Shown: piece after piece, positions 36,610 to 46,706 of the stretch
Layout of the letters: each line of letters begins with the position of its first letter
Numbering within the stretch: the first letter of the stretch is position 1
DNA from: an uncultured bacterium
Lineage (GTDB): Bacteria; Patescibacteriota; Minisyncoccia; Phycocordibacterales; DATDWN01
Length of the DNA stretch: 64,000 nucleotides
Assembly (NCBI GenBank): GCA_903861205.1
Contig: CAIOTC010000020.1
Span: 39,976 to 103,975 of the forward strand
Direction of reading: 5' to 3'
Made by a program: the position numbers and the translations under genes
Notes under the pieces: model-generated
Databases searched by the model: none
What the model was told of the DNA's origin: nothing
Seen by the model: only the letters and a program-made list of their open reading frames with translations

Positions 36610-38997
36610 ATGGACAGATCATTAAAAGTTTACGCGAAATGTTTTTTTGTTTTTACTTTGCTGTTTGTTGTTTCTTTCGGTTTGTTTGGCCAAGTCGCGC
36701 ATGCTCAGCTTCTCAACCCGCAACCGCCGTCTTGGACTTGGCCACCGTGTTCAACATGGAGTGGAACGAATGGCGGGTCATGCAATTATCCCTATCCTGG
36801 CAGTGGTTGTCAAGGATCCGTCTCCACAGTTTATTGTCCGATTTGTGACAGTTACCAGGGGTACACCAACGATTGTCCTAATCCGGGTGGAAATCTTTGC
36901 AATGACGGATCTGGCGGTGCAAACATATGCCAAAAAGATGGTGGCGGTTGCGGATGCGTCAAAACGTGGTCCGGCAACCAGTGCACTGATCCGGACGACG
37001 CTTGCTACGGCGAAGCCACTTGTTGCAACGGCTCATCTTGCAACAACAATGGCATCTGCGATGCCAACGAAACCACCTCTTCCTGCCCGCAGGGCTGCCA
37101 AGTCGGCCCGCAATTCAGATTTGACGTGAACAACTCACAAACTATAAATTATGGGGGCACCGCCGCTTACCAAATCCACGTCTACAATGATTCCAGCAAA
37201 AATAGTTTGAATTACAACATAACCTATTCCGGTCTGCCTTCATCCGCTTCCATCAGCTGGGGCTGGAGCGGGCAGAGCTACGCTTTGAGTTCGACGGACG
37301 GTGATAATTCCGACACAATCAGTTTGATGACCGTTGGCGGTCCGATCATGCCCGGCACGTACAACCTCACCATTACCGTTACCGGCACAACCAACGGCAT
37401 TTCAGTTCCGCAAACAAAATCTGCCGTTCTCATCGTCAGCCCCGCCAACTTCGCCCAGTGCAACGGTTTGTGGCACAACGCTCCGCTATCCGCCGCCTCG
37501 CCGGTACAGCCGGTCGGTTTGTACACTACTGTCAGTGGAAATCAAAACACCGTCAACTTGGTCTGGACCGGCACGGACAACGCCGTTTACCAACTTGGTT
37601 GCCGATTCTTCGGAGGCTCGTCATGCGCTTGGGACAGCTCAGTTTTCAAAATAGTTCCTAACGCCAACTATTCCGCTCCATTTTGGACAACGACTTCCGC
37701 TCCAAACATTTATCAAGACACCAGTTTCAAAGTGGCTTTTCTCAACTCAGGTGATGGCAAGAGATATTATAATTATATTTATTCGTCTTATGACGGCTTT
37801 TACGTCTGGCTGACACCGGACAATTCCGGCGCCACAGGCTACGGCACGCCAACGAACACCACCGACAGTCAAGGCAAACCGTGGAATTTTCAACGGCTCT
37901 CCGACAACACGGTGCAATACGAATGCGGCGTGCCTCTCACTCCAACCGGTTTCTGGGCCGGAGCCGGCACTTGCGGAACGGGACAAATCAATTTGTCGTG
38001 GAGCGCTTCGTACGGAGCAACAAGCTACACCGTGAAGGACGGAGCCAGGACGGTTTACAGCGGATCGGCTCTTGCCGTTTCCGACACCGGTCTTGTTGCG
38101 GGTTCCAATCACACCTACACGATCACCGCGACAGACGCTTCCGGCACTTCTGCTTCCGGTCCGACAACTCCGGCCACGACGGTCGCGCCAAGCTCATGCA
38201 CTCCGGTTCCGGTGACCACTTTCACCGCCTCGCCGACGTCCGGACCGGCGCCACTTTCCACAACGCTCTCATGGTCGGCCACGAACGGCGCCACTGGTTG
38301 CACGGCATCGTCCAATCCGGTCAACGCCAATTGGAACGGAGCAAAAACTCTGGCGCAATCACCGCAAACCATTTCCGGTTTGGCCGCCGGTTCCTACACA
38401 TTCAGTTTGTATTGCACGAACGCCACAGGTAATTCAACCACTGTTAGTCCCGTTGTCACGGTTGGTCCGGCGCTTCCGACGATCACGTCCTTTGTGGCAA
38501 ATCCACTGACCGGAACTTCGCCGCTATCCACGACTTTGACATGGGCATCATCGGGCGCCACAAGTTGTACCGCAAGCGGAGGATGGAGCGGTTCAAAAGC
38601 CACATCAAATGCAATCGGTGAAGTTGTGAGTGGATTAACTGTTCCAACAACTTTCAATCTGGTTTGCACAAATGCTTCTGGAAATAGTCCCCAATCTCAG
38701 GTTATAGTCACTCCTACAGCACCAAATTACACCCTAACTGTCAGCGTTACGACATCCCAGGGTGGTTATGTCACTGGTGCAGGAATAGATTGTGGTTCAT
38801 CAGGACACCCAACATGCACAGCGACATATCCTCAAGGTACTCCTGTCATTTTGACTCCAACACCTGTCGGCAACTGGAAATTCATCGGCTGGACAGGAGC
38901 GTGTACCGGCTCGGGCGCTTGCTCATTCAATGTGAACAGCAACTTGTCAGTTACCGCGCTATTTGTCCCGCGACCGATTAATTACCAGGAGTTCTAG
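36610..38997 (+). CDS. Secreted Cys-rich/Fn3/Ig-repeat surface protein
   Basis: Signal peptide, Cys-rich N-terminus, Fn3 (INLSWSAS.GATSY), two 'FTASPTSG.APLSTTL.W' repeats and an InlB-B-like C-terminus (WKFIGWTGACTG). Confidence 0.8.
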   Translation: MDRSLKVYAKCFFVFTLLFVVSFGLFGQVAHAQLLNPQPPSWTWPPCSTWSGTNGGSCNYPYPGSGCQGSVSTVYCPICDSYQGYTNDCPNPGGNLCNDGSGGANICQKDGGGCGCVKTWSGNQCTDPDDACYGEATCCNGSSCNNNGICDANETTSSCPQGCQVGPQFRFDVNNSQTINYGGTAAYQIHVYNDSSKNSLNYNITYSGLPSSASISWGWSGQSYALSSTDGDNSDTISLMTVGGPIMPGTYNLTITVTGTTNGISVPQTKSAVLIVSPANFAQCNGLWHNAPLSAASPVQPVGLYTTVSGNQNTVNLVWTGTDNAVYQLGCRFFGGSSCAWDSSVFKIVPNANYSAPFWTTTSAPNIYQDTSFKVAFLNSGDGKRYYNYIYSSYDGFYVWLTPDNSGATGYGTPTNTTDSQGKPWNFQRLSDNTVQYECGVPLTPTGFWAGAGTCGTGQINLSWSASYGATSYTVKDGARTVYSGSALAVSDTGLVAGSNHTYTITATDASGTSASGPTTPATTVAPSSCTPVPVTTFTASPTSGPAPLSTTLSWSATNGATGCTASSNPVNANWNGAKTLAQSPQTISGLAAGSYTFSLYCTNATGNSTTVSPVVTVGPALPTITSFVANPLTGTSPLSTTLTWASSGATSCTASGGWSGSKATSNAIGEVVSGLTVPTTFNLVCTNASGNSPQSQVIVTPTAPNYTLTVSVTTSQGGYVTGAGIDCGSSGHPTCTATYPQGTPVILTPTPVGNWKFIGWTGACTGSGACSFNVNSNLSVTALFVPRPINYQEF

Positions 38998-39195
38998 GAT
39001 GTAACAGCTGTCTTGGTGGTTACATATTAGTTTTAGGCTACCTGTTCAACACTGGTAGCCTATTTTATAAAATATTATTTAATTTGGCTCTCCTTTTTAT
39101 ACTTACATTTTTTACTGATATTCTGATATGGCACAAATGGTTGTCTATGGACTTATTTTTAAATGTAAATCTAACTAACTAGTATCGAATTAAAG

Positions 39196-39726
39196 TTATT
39201 TTGTTGTATCCAAATCTGATTCACGAATGTAATCAATTCTCTGACCATTTATATAGTATGAAGCATTCAATGAATCTTGAATGTAACCATTTGAAAGTGA
39301 AATATAAAAGTATAGATAAGCAATTAAAGATTTATTTCCTTGTTCATCTTGTAAGATTAAATAATTTACCCCTTTAGTTCCACTATCAATAGCAGATAAA
39401 CCATATTGAGCATTATTCAAAGCACCTATAACGGAAAATTTTGTTGAAGTAGAAACTGGTTTATATATAAAACGATTCGGATAATATGTATCAAGACTTT
39501 TATCTGTGACTATTTCTCTCCCTATCGTCTTAAATGTTTTTGTTCCTGCTTGTTGTACACCAATTTGGTAATACATTTGATTATCAAAAACTACTTGAGC
39601 TCCTTCTAAAATTTTAGGAATTGGAATTTGTGTTTCTCTTTCACCCCCGATAATAGTACTTGCAATGAAAAATAATACAAGAATTACTAATATTATACTG
39701 ATATTTTTTTTATTAATTATTTTCAT
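39196..39726 (-). CDS. AT-rich membrane-anchored hypothetical protein
   Basis: N-terminal TM helix; 176-aa ORF. Confidence 0.65.
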   Translation of the reverse strand: MKIINKKNISIILVILVLFFIASTIIGGERETQIPIPKILEGAQVVFDNQMYYQIGVQQAGTKTFKTIGREIVTDKSLDTYYPNRFIYKPVSTSTKFSVIGALNNAQYGLSAIDSGTKGVNYLILQDEQGNKSLIAYLYFYISLSNGYIQDSLNASYYINGQRIDYIRESDLDTTK

Positions 39727-39804
39727 CTCCTATATCATACCAGTAAACTTATAAAAATCCAATGTACCGTTGACTTTTTCTAAAAAATGATATAGCTTAT
39801 AATT

Positions 39805-39927
39805 AGATTCTACACCATAGGTACACACGAAAGTCTACTACCCATGTTGTTTCTGTTCTTTGAAAGAAACAGCGTGGAAAGTGGACTTGGTAGTGTATTG
39901 TATAGGTGAATCTCCAAAAGGAGTGGT
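39805..39927 (+). promoter_or_regulatory. Conserved structured 5' leader, copy 1
   Basis: Shares blocks CTACACCAT.GGT, TGTTCTTTGAAA and TTGGTAGTGTATT..ATAGGTGAATCTC with 50802-50923 (-). Confidence 0.65.
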
Positions 39928-41997
39928 ATGAAAACCATTCTAAATTTCACGGTAGTTTTTCTGCTTCTGGTTCTGTCCAGTGGCATACTCATCAACAACG
40001 CAAACGCTCAAACGGTTTGTCCGCAAGGAAAGTCCTGCGCTGTGTTCATTTGGGTCAACGGAATTGCAGTAAAAAATTCGGCTGATTGGGATACAACAGT
40101 CAACGACGTTAGAACCAAGTTTTTTAACGCTAATTCCGATATCGACCAAGCTTACATCAAGTTCGATCCTGCCTACAACCAAAGCTTCGGTATGTTAAAG
40201 GACATTTTCGGCCAGTCAATCTTCCAGTGGGACCAGCAGTTCACTGACAGTTTTCTGGCTAACTCTTCGGTCTTGCAAAATAGTTCGGTGAACAATATTT
40301 TGCTGGCATATGCTCTCTGGAACTATTCCTTTGACGCGAAGAGGTTCACAACAGATTTAATCGCGATTGGAGACAAAATTCATTCGTGGCAAAATCTCGG
40401 TTACCGAGTCGTCCTGGTTGGTCACAGTCAGGGTTCGTTTTTAACGAACGAAGCTTACACTGTCAGAATCAGAGAGGCAGTCGCCGACAAAAGCATTGCT
40501 CTGCCAGACGCAAACTTATTGTCAGTTGTAAATATTGCGAGTTCTGCCAATAATGTCGCTGATGGGCGGAACAAATACACCACCCAGTGCAATGACATTA
40601 TCCTGGTTGTTCCAAAAGTACTTCCGGGAAATGTGAACGACCCGACTGCTCCGTGCACTCCATTTTTGATGCCTCCACCCCCCGTCAGTATTTTGGCCGG
40701 AGTCCTTGATGCAATAGCTGCAACAGTGGATATAGCAAAGTTGTGGCACGGATATAACGTACACCAACTTTCGACCTACACGGCCGACAAATCTGCAACA
40801 CAAAAGCAAATCTTCGCGCATTTGGTTGACTCGCTTCCAGATCCGGGTTGTGCAGGTAACGAAAATTGTTATCTCCACGATACATACAGTCCAACCTTGA
40901 ACTACAAGGACAACTGGATTGTGACGAAAAAATCCGGTAACTCGCTTGAACCTTTGCGAGCTTCGGGGTGTTTGACTCTAAGTTCGCTCAGCGGTTTTCC
41001 AACTTTTCTCGACCCGGGGCAAATCACTCTCCGAACTCGCCGAGTTTTTACCGGTTTGTTTTGGGGATCCTTGCGATTTCGAAGTCGAGGAGCGGGAAAG
41101 TCTATCGTCAGTTTCAAAAAAGCGTCGGATGATTCTGTCGCGGCGTCTATTACAGCCGACAGCACTAAAGATTTTGGCGAAAACTGGAGGCAGATGTTCT
41201 TTGGTTGGAAAGACGATAACCTAACGATTTCGTCGTTAGGTCCTCTTCCTGTAAAAACTGCGTTCAATCAAGCAGAGGGTTACTATCTCGAGCTCGATTC
41301 TCAAGGTGACAACACGTTAGAGGTTAAAGATTTGGATGTGTCCAGAGTGAGGAACACGGAATTAAGCGATCCTACTTTGCCACCTCCGGCACCTTCTCCA
41401 CCTACTCCGTCTTCACCCTCACCCCCGCCTTCACCTCCTCCACCACCACCCGTACCTCTCACTGGTTCTTGCTCGCTAAACGGAGGACAAAATCCGGTTA
41501 CAATGCAAGTTAGTGGCACCGCGTATTTCAATGCTTCCTTCTCGGGCGGTACTGGTGCAATTCACTTTTCGTGGACTGGTGCTACTGGAGGTGATGCATC
41601 TAGTGCCTCGCAAGTTTACAACACTTCCGGAACATACACCGCTTCGGTCAAGTTGACCGACTCCGGTTCGCCGCAACAGCAAGTGATAGCAACATGCCCG
41701 CAGGTGACAGTGTCAAATCCCGCTCCACCGCCGCCAGTTGCCTTGTCCTACGTTTGCAGTATTTCACCGCCCACCATCAAATTGGGGTCGAGCGCGTCGT
41801 TTGCAGTTAGTGTTTATGGTGGCTATCCGCCATACACTTTCTACATGCCGGGCGCAGTGTTTTACCGAGCGCCGAACACCCAGATCTCAACCATTCCACC
41901 ACCACTTAGCGTCGGTGTGCAGACCTACTCGGGTTTTGTCCAGGATAGTCAAGGTAAAGTGACATATCCAACCTGCTCCGTCACGGTGACAAATTGA
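39928..41997 (+). CDS. Secreted GHSQG serine hydrolase-like protein with Pro-rich linker and PKD/Ig domains
   Basis: Signal peptide, FIWVNGI, VVLVGHSQG, Pro-rich stretch and YNTSGTYTASV; paralogue of 48009-50801. Confidence 0.8.
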   Translation: MKTILNFTVVFLLLVLSSGILINNANAQTVCPQGKSCAVFIWVNGIAVKNSADWDTTVNDVRTKFFNANSDIDQAYIKFDPAYNQSFGMLKDIFGQSIFQWDQQFTDSFLANSSVLQNSSVNNILLAYALWNYSFDAKRFTTDLIAIGDKIHSWQNLGYRVVLVGHSQGSFLTNEAYTVRIREAVADKSIALPDANLLSVVNIASSANNVADGRNKYTTQCNDIILVVPKVLPGNVNDPTAPCTPFLMPPPPVSILAGVLDAIAATVDIAKLWHGYNVHQLSTYTADKSATQKQIFAHLVDSLPDPGCAGNENCYLHDTYSPTLNYKDNWIVTKKSGNSLEPLRASGCLTLSSLSGFPTFLDPGQITLRTRRVFTGLFWGSLRFRSRGAGKSIVSFKKASDDSVAASITADSTKDFGENWRQMFFGWKDDNLTISSLGPLPVKTAFNQAEGYYLELDSQGDNTLEVKDLDVSRVRNTELSDPTLPPPAPSPPTPSSPSPPPSPPPPPPVPLTGSCSLNGGQNPVTMQVSGTAYFNASFSGGTGAIHFSWTGATGGDASSASQVYNTSGTYTASVKLTDSGSPQQQVIATCPQVTVSNPAPPPPVALSYVCSISPPTIKLGSSASFAVSVYGGYPPYTFYMPGAVFYRAPNTQISTIPPPLSVGVQTYSGFVQDSQGKVTYPTCSVTVTN

Positions 41998-42106
41998 CGA
42001 CACCTGCTTCGTTTACCAAGTATTTCACCCCTGCGTTTGGCGCGCAGGGGTTTTAAATTGTTGATAATTTGCTTTTCACCAAAAAACTTCGTGGTACAAT
42101 TACATC

Positions 42107-45094
42107 ATGAAGTTTTTTCGTCTCGCGATTTTGCCGGCGGTTTTGTTTTCATTTTTCGCTTTTTGCGGCACGGTTTTTGGTGATGTCGTGTATGAACAAC
42201 CGATCATTGGACAGGGGATTAACATCAAAGTTGCCGGCGATTATCACAAAAGTTTTTATATGTATTATGTTGGAGGTATTTCGGAACTTGCCAATCCGCC
42301 TGTCACCTCCGGTTTTATTGTACCTAGAGCATATAACAAAGTCAGAATAAAAAAGATGTTAGGAACATCATGCTCTAATATAACTGCCGGCACCAATCTC
42401 GACAGTTTTAACTACGGCCACGAGGTGGGTGAGGACTACTGCGAGTTTTATATCTATGATGGTGTCGGAAACGCCGGTCAAACTAATTATTTATATTTTT
42501 TTGGCAACGGCCAGGATTTGGTTTTTGATGGCAGTAGCGCCAACGCTGGAGTAACAGTCGACGGATATAATGATCACAGCATTCCGGGCGGTTACGCTTT
42601 CCAATTTTGCGAAAGCGTGTGCGACAGAGATTTTATTCTCGGTCCGGTCACCGATCCGGCAAATTATCCGACCAGAATTTTTGCTTTTGACGTATCAACT
42701 AGCACGAAAACAGCTTCGGTGCACGAATATCTAAATCCGAACGATCTCGGCGCGAAAATAAATTTTAACATCACCGATTCGGCCGGACAATTTTTCACTT
42801 CAAGTGTGACAGCAACCACGACCGGCGAATTTTATTACACCTGGAACTTTCCGGAATTTCCGGAAAACAAAACCGGTTTTGACGATTACACTTTTTACAC
42901 TGACATCGCCACTTCGACGGTCATAAAAAGCAAAAGCGTCAAAATGCATCTCGAAGTACCGATTATCGGCCGACCGGGTTACGGCAATTCAGGCTTCGAT
43001 TCTTCTCAACAGATCGGTAGCTCATTCAATCATTTGATTCAAACACTCGGCACAAATCTTTTCGGAAGTTTAAAGCGCATTGATATACAATCAAGCAATC
43101 CAAGTGCTATTTATTATGGTTCGCAAACTTGGTTTTCTTTGTACGAGTGCGATGATGACGCATACGGAAAATTCTTTTTTGACGGTTCAAATTGTAAATT
43201 TGTAAATCAGTTTATCTCTGACACGATGGGGAAGCTTGATAAAAGTGTTGAGAGTTTTTATCCTGATCTAACCAATCCGGTTATTTTGAATCCGACTAAA
43301 TATTACTATTTTGTCGTGCAAGGGAATAATCAGTTCAATTCTTTGCCTATTTACTACGGAAGCTCGGCGGACAATGTGGACGGCGCCTGCTACCAATATT
43401 CTCTCGGGCAAGAAGCCAAAGTCACTCCCTGCGCTACGGTTGCCGATTTGTATTTCCGTCTGTATGGAATAACCAAAGCACCACCCACACCGACAATTGA
43501 TCCAGTCATCATCATTCCGGGTATTATGGGAAGCGCTTATAAGAACGGCAAACTTATTATTGATCCGATTTTGCATACGTACGACGACCTGATTGATACT
43601 TTGAAAGCGAATGGATACGAAGAAGGCAAAGATCTTTTCACTTTTGCGTACGAATGGCGGAACTCAAACGTTGAAAGCGCCAATTTACTGAAAGATAAAA
43701 TCAGCGAGGTGAAGGAAATTTGCAAATGTTCGAAAGTCGATTTGGTCGCGCACTCGATGGGCGGGTTGGTGGCTCGCGAATATATTCAGTCCGGCCAATA
43801 CAGGCATGATGTTGACCAAGTTATCTTTTTGGGAACGCCACATAAGGGGTCGCCGTCTGATTATTTGAGATGGGAAGCAGGGGAGTTTGAATCAGGCACT
43901 TTTAACATTTTAACAAAGAAATTTTTCCAAGTAGAAGCGTTGGAACATTTCTATACAAGCTTGTTCGATTACATTCAAAAATATCCAATAGCGTCAGTCC
44001 AAAATCTGTTACCGGTTTTTGATTATTTGAAAGATAAAAATACCGGAGTTTTGAGAACATATCCAAACAATTATCCAAAAAATGTTTTTCTGGAAGCGTT
44101 GGATCTCAATACCGGTTTGCAAAAACTTCTGAATTCAGGAGTGAGAATCACAAACATTGTTGGTAATGCTGGAGCAACATCAACAATAGAAAAAATAAGA
44201 GTGACAGCAAGCTCGAGCCCACTTTGGTTGGATGGCAAGCCGGATGGATTTGACGGACAAACGGCTGACAGGGGATTGGAAATGGGTGCCGGAGATGGAA
44301 CGGTCACGATAAATGGCGCAACTTTGGACAGTTTGGTTGCAAATCAGGTAGTATCCGGTGAGCACCAAAAACTTCCAACCATGGCTGAGGCAAAAATTTA
44401 TAATATTCTGACAGGTAAAACGGCTCAAACGACTTTTGATCGCGATCATGGGGTTGATGTGAAGGTTTTGCTTTTGCAACTGCTTTCGCCGGTAGATTTT
44501 GTTATTACGGATCCGAATGGCCGAAGAATTGGCAAAAATTTTGCCACAGGCGAGGAATACAATGAAATCCCCGGAGCGTTTTACTCAGGGTATCAGACAG
44601 CCGAAGAATATATTTCAATTCCAAATCCTTTGGACGGAGATTATAAAATACAGTTGCAGGGAACGGGAAGCGGAAAATACACAGTTGATACAAGTTATGT
44701 GGGCGACACAACTTCCAACACCGCGGAAATTGTAGGCACAACAGTTCCGAATCAAATAAATAATCTTGATTTGACATTGAACAACGTTCACCCAGAATCT
44801 ATTTCTGTTGACCCGGATATAATTAGCGATATAAACAAATGTTTTGATTCGGGATGGATAAAAGATAAAAAAATAAAGGACGCATTGATAAAGGAAGTGC
44901 AATTTATTGTAAAATTTGAGAAAAAATTTGATATAATAAAACAGAAGAAGGTGGAAAAAATTGAAAAGAAAATAGACAAAATATTGGCAAAATTGGTAAA
45001 GATAGAATTGGATGGACTGTTAAAGAAAAAAATCATAAACCAACAAGCTTACAATTTATTAAAAAGCGATCTAGATTGGTTAATTAACAATTAA
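42107..45094 (+). CDS. Large secreted lipase/LCAT(PGAP1)-like protein
   Basis: Signal peptide; PVIIIPGIMGS, FAYEWR, LVAHSMGGLVAR, LGTPHKGS and GDGTV motifs; SPVD..ITDP.G..IG Ig-like domain. Confidence 0.85.
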   Translation: MKFFRLAILPAVLFSFFAFCGTVFGDVVYEQPIIGQGINIKVAGDYHKSFYMYYVGGISELANPPVTSGFIVPRAYNKVRIKKMLGTSCSNITAGTNLDSFNYGHEVGEDYCEFYIYDGVGNAGQTNYLYFFGNGQDLVFDGSSANAGVTVDGYNDHSIPGGYAFQFCESVCDRDFILGPVTDPANYPTRIFAFDVSTSTKTASVHEYLNPNDLGAKINFNITDSAGQFFTSSVTATTTGEFYYTWNFPEFPENKTGFDDYTFYTDIATSTVIKSKSVKMHLEVPIIGRPGYGNSGFDSSQQIGSSFNHLIQTLGTNLFGSLKRIDIQSSNPSAIYYGSQTWFSLYECDDDAYGKFFFDGSNCKFVNQFISDTMGKLDKSVESFYPDLTNPVILNPTKYYYFVVQGNNQFNSLPIYYGSSADNVDGACYQYSLGQEAKVTPCATVADLYFRLYGITKAPPTPTIDPVIIIPGIMGSAYKNGKLIIDPILHTYDDLIDTLKANGYEEGKDLFTFAYEWRNSNVESANLLKDKISEVKEICKCSKVDLVAHSMGGLVAREYIQSGQYRHDVDQVIFLGTPHKGSPSDYLRWEAGEFESGTFNILTKKFFQVEALEHFYTSLFDYIQKYPIASVQNLLPVFDYLKDKNTGVLRTYPNNYPKNVFLEALDLNTGLQKLLNSGVRITNIVGNAGATSTIEKIRVTASSSPLWLDGKPDGFDGQTADRGLEMGAGDGTVTINGATLDSLVANQVVSGEHQKLPTMAEAKIYNILTGKTAQTTFDRDHGVDVKVLLLQLLSPVDFVITDPNGRRIGKNFATGEEYNEIPGAFYSGYQTAEEYISIPNPLDGDYKIQLQGTGSGKYTVDTSYVGDTTSNTAEIVGTTVPNQINNLDLTLNNVHPESISVDPDIISDINKCFDSGWIKDKKIKDALIKEVQFIVKFEKKFDIIKQKKVEKIEKKIDKILAKLVKIELDGLLKKKIINQQAYNLLKSDLDWLINN

Positions 45095-45098
45095 TTTT

Positions 45099-45470
45099 AT
45101 GAATTATTTTATAAAAAATGTTTTATTGCTGGTTGCAGTTTTAATTTTGAGTTATTTGACTGCTCCATATTTCGGCAGTTTATACGACAAATTTTCTCCA
45201 CAATATAACAATTCTTTTTTAGGGACAGGAAAAGATTTGTCAATATTCATCGCCGGTCTCCCTTTTGCCTACGTATTTTTTGTGCCATTTTTGTTTGAAT
45301 TGTTCGGTTTTGGCGCAAAAAATAAGTGGATAATCTGGCTTTTAATTCCAGCTGTATTGTTATGGATTTCTGTTGACCTGTATTATATTTACCTTCCAAT
45401 CATCCTATGCCTCATCGCCCTCCTCCTCGCCAAGCTCATAAATTTTTCATTTAAAAAATTAAGAGTTTAA
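45099..45470 (+). CDS. Small multi-TM membrane protein
   Basis: About 4 hydrophobic segments; starts 4 nt after the lipase stop. Confidence 0.7.
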   Translation: MNYFIKNVLLLVAVLILSYLTAPYFGSLYDKFSPQYNNSFLGTGKDLSIFIAGLPFAYVFFVPFLFELFGFGAKNKWIIWLLIPAVLLWISVDLYYIYLPIILCLIALLLAKLINFSFKKLRV

Positions 45471-45508
45471 ATTTTCTGTGTTATACTGAACGGGTAAAAA
45501 ATGTCTAT

Positions 45509-46189
45509 ATGTCTGAATACCACGACAATGTTTTTTTGCAAATTTCATATTTGTTAATAAGACTAACTCTCGGAACACTTGTCCGACTAATTTGGGTCAA
45601 AAGGGTGGAGGGGATTGAGAATGTTCCAAAAACCGGCGCGGTCATCGTGGCTTTTAACCATCAAAGTTTTTTTGATTTTTTGTGTTTTATTTCAATCTCG
45701 CCGAGAAAAATCCATTTTCTGGCGGCTGAAAAATTTTTTACAAATCCGTTTTGGTATCCGCTGGTAAAATTGACTGGGCAAATAAAAGTTGACAGAAAAA
45801 TGCACGGCAAGGAAGATTTGCACGAGACAATTTTGAAGCATTTGGAAAACGGAAAAATGATTGGGATTTTTCCGGAGGGTACGCGTTCTCCGCACGAAAA
45901 AGAGATGTTACAAGCTTTCACTGGTGTAGCAAAATATGCGGTACGCGGCGAAGTCCCTGTACTTCCGGTCGGCATCAAAGGAACGTATGATATAATGGCC
46001 AAACATGACAAACGGCCGAAATTCAAAAAAATTGTTACAATACATATCGGTAAACCGATGCATTTCACTGAATACCATCACTCAAAATTAAACGAGAAAA
46101 CCTTCCGCGTTCTAACCGACAAAATCATGCTGGAAATCGCTGGCCTGTCTGGCAAGAATTATCCAAGTATTGAAAATTTATATAATTAA
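45509..46189 (+). CDS. plsC: Lysophospholipid acyltransferase (PlsC family)
   Basis: NHQSFFD, IFPEGTRS and VPVLPVGI motifs. Confidence 0.88.
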   Translation: MSEYHDNVFLQISYLLIRLTLGTLVRLIWVKRVEGIENVPKTGAVIVAFNHQSFFDFLCFISISPRKIHFLAAEKFFTNPFWYPLVKLTGQIKVDRKMHGKEDLHETILKHLENGKMIGIFPEGTRSPHEKEMLQAFTGVAKYAVRGEVPVLPVGIKGTYDIMAKHDKRPKFKKIVTIHIGKPMHFTEYHHSKLNEKTFRVLTDKIMLEIAGLSGKNYPSIENLYN

Positions 46190-46194
46190 AATTT

Positions 46195-46695
46195 ATGCAA
46201 ATAAAATCAACCATAAAAAACAAAGCGGGAAAGGATTTTGATGTTATCTATTACGAAGGATTGGATCCAAATCAAAATCTGGAAGGAAAAATTTTACAGG
46301 CCGTTCACGGGTTTTGTTTTTATGGCGATAAACTGGTTGTGGTATATGCAAAAGATAAAGGGTATTGGACATTACCAGGTGGAGGAATAGAACCCGGTGA
46401 AACTTACGAAGAAGCTACTGTTCGAGAAATACAAGAAGAATCCAATATGAAAGTTTTGCATCAGGAACTTATCGGTTTTCAAGATATTTACGAAGATGGA
46501 AAAATAATTAGACAAACTCGTTCATTTTGTATTGTTGAACCATACGGTGATTTTGTTTCTGATCCAGATGGAGATATAACAGAAATAAAACTAATTGATC
46601 CAAAAGATTACAAACAATACTTTGACTGGGGTGAGGTGGGTGAGAGAATAATAAAGAGAGCGTTGGAGTTGAAAGAAAAATTACTATTAAAATAA
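46195..46695 (+). CDS. NUDIX hydrolase
   Basis: LPGGGIEPGETYEEATVREIQEES Nudix box. Confidence 0.92.
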   Translation: MQIKSTIKNKAGKDFDVIYYEGLDPNQNLEGKILQAVHGFCFYGDKLVVVYAKDKGYWTLPGGGIEPGETYEEATVREIQEESNMKVLHQELIGFQDIYEDGKIIRQTRSFCIVEPYGDFVSDPDGDITEIKLIDPKDYKQYFDWGEVGERIIKRALELKEKLLLK

Positions 46696-46706
46696 AACAG
46701 GTTATT

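Noticed and set aside
41378-41455. C-rich short-period repeats as a possible array
   Set aside because: They simply encode a Pro/Ser linker.
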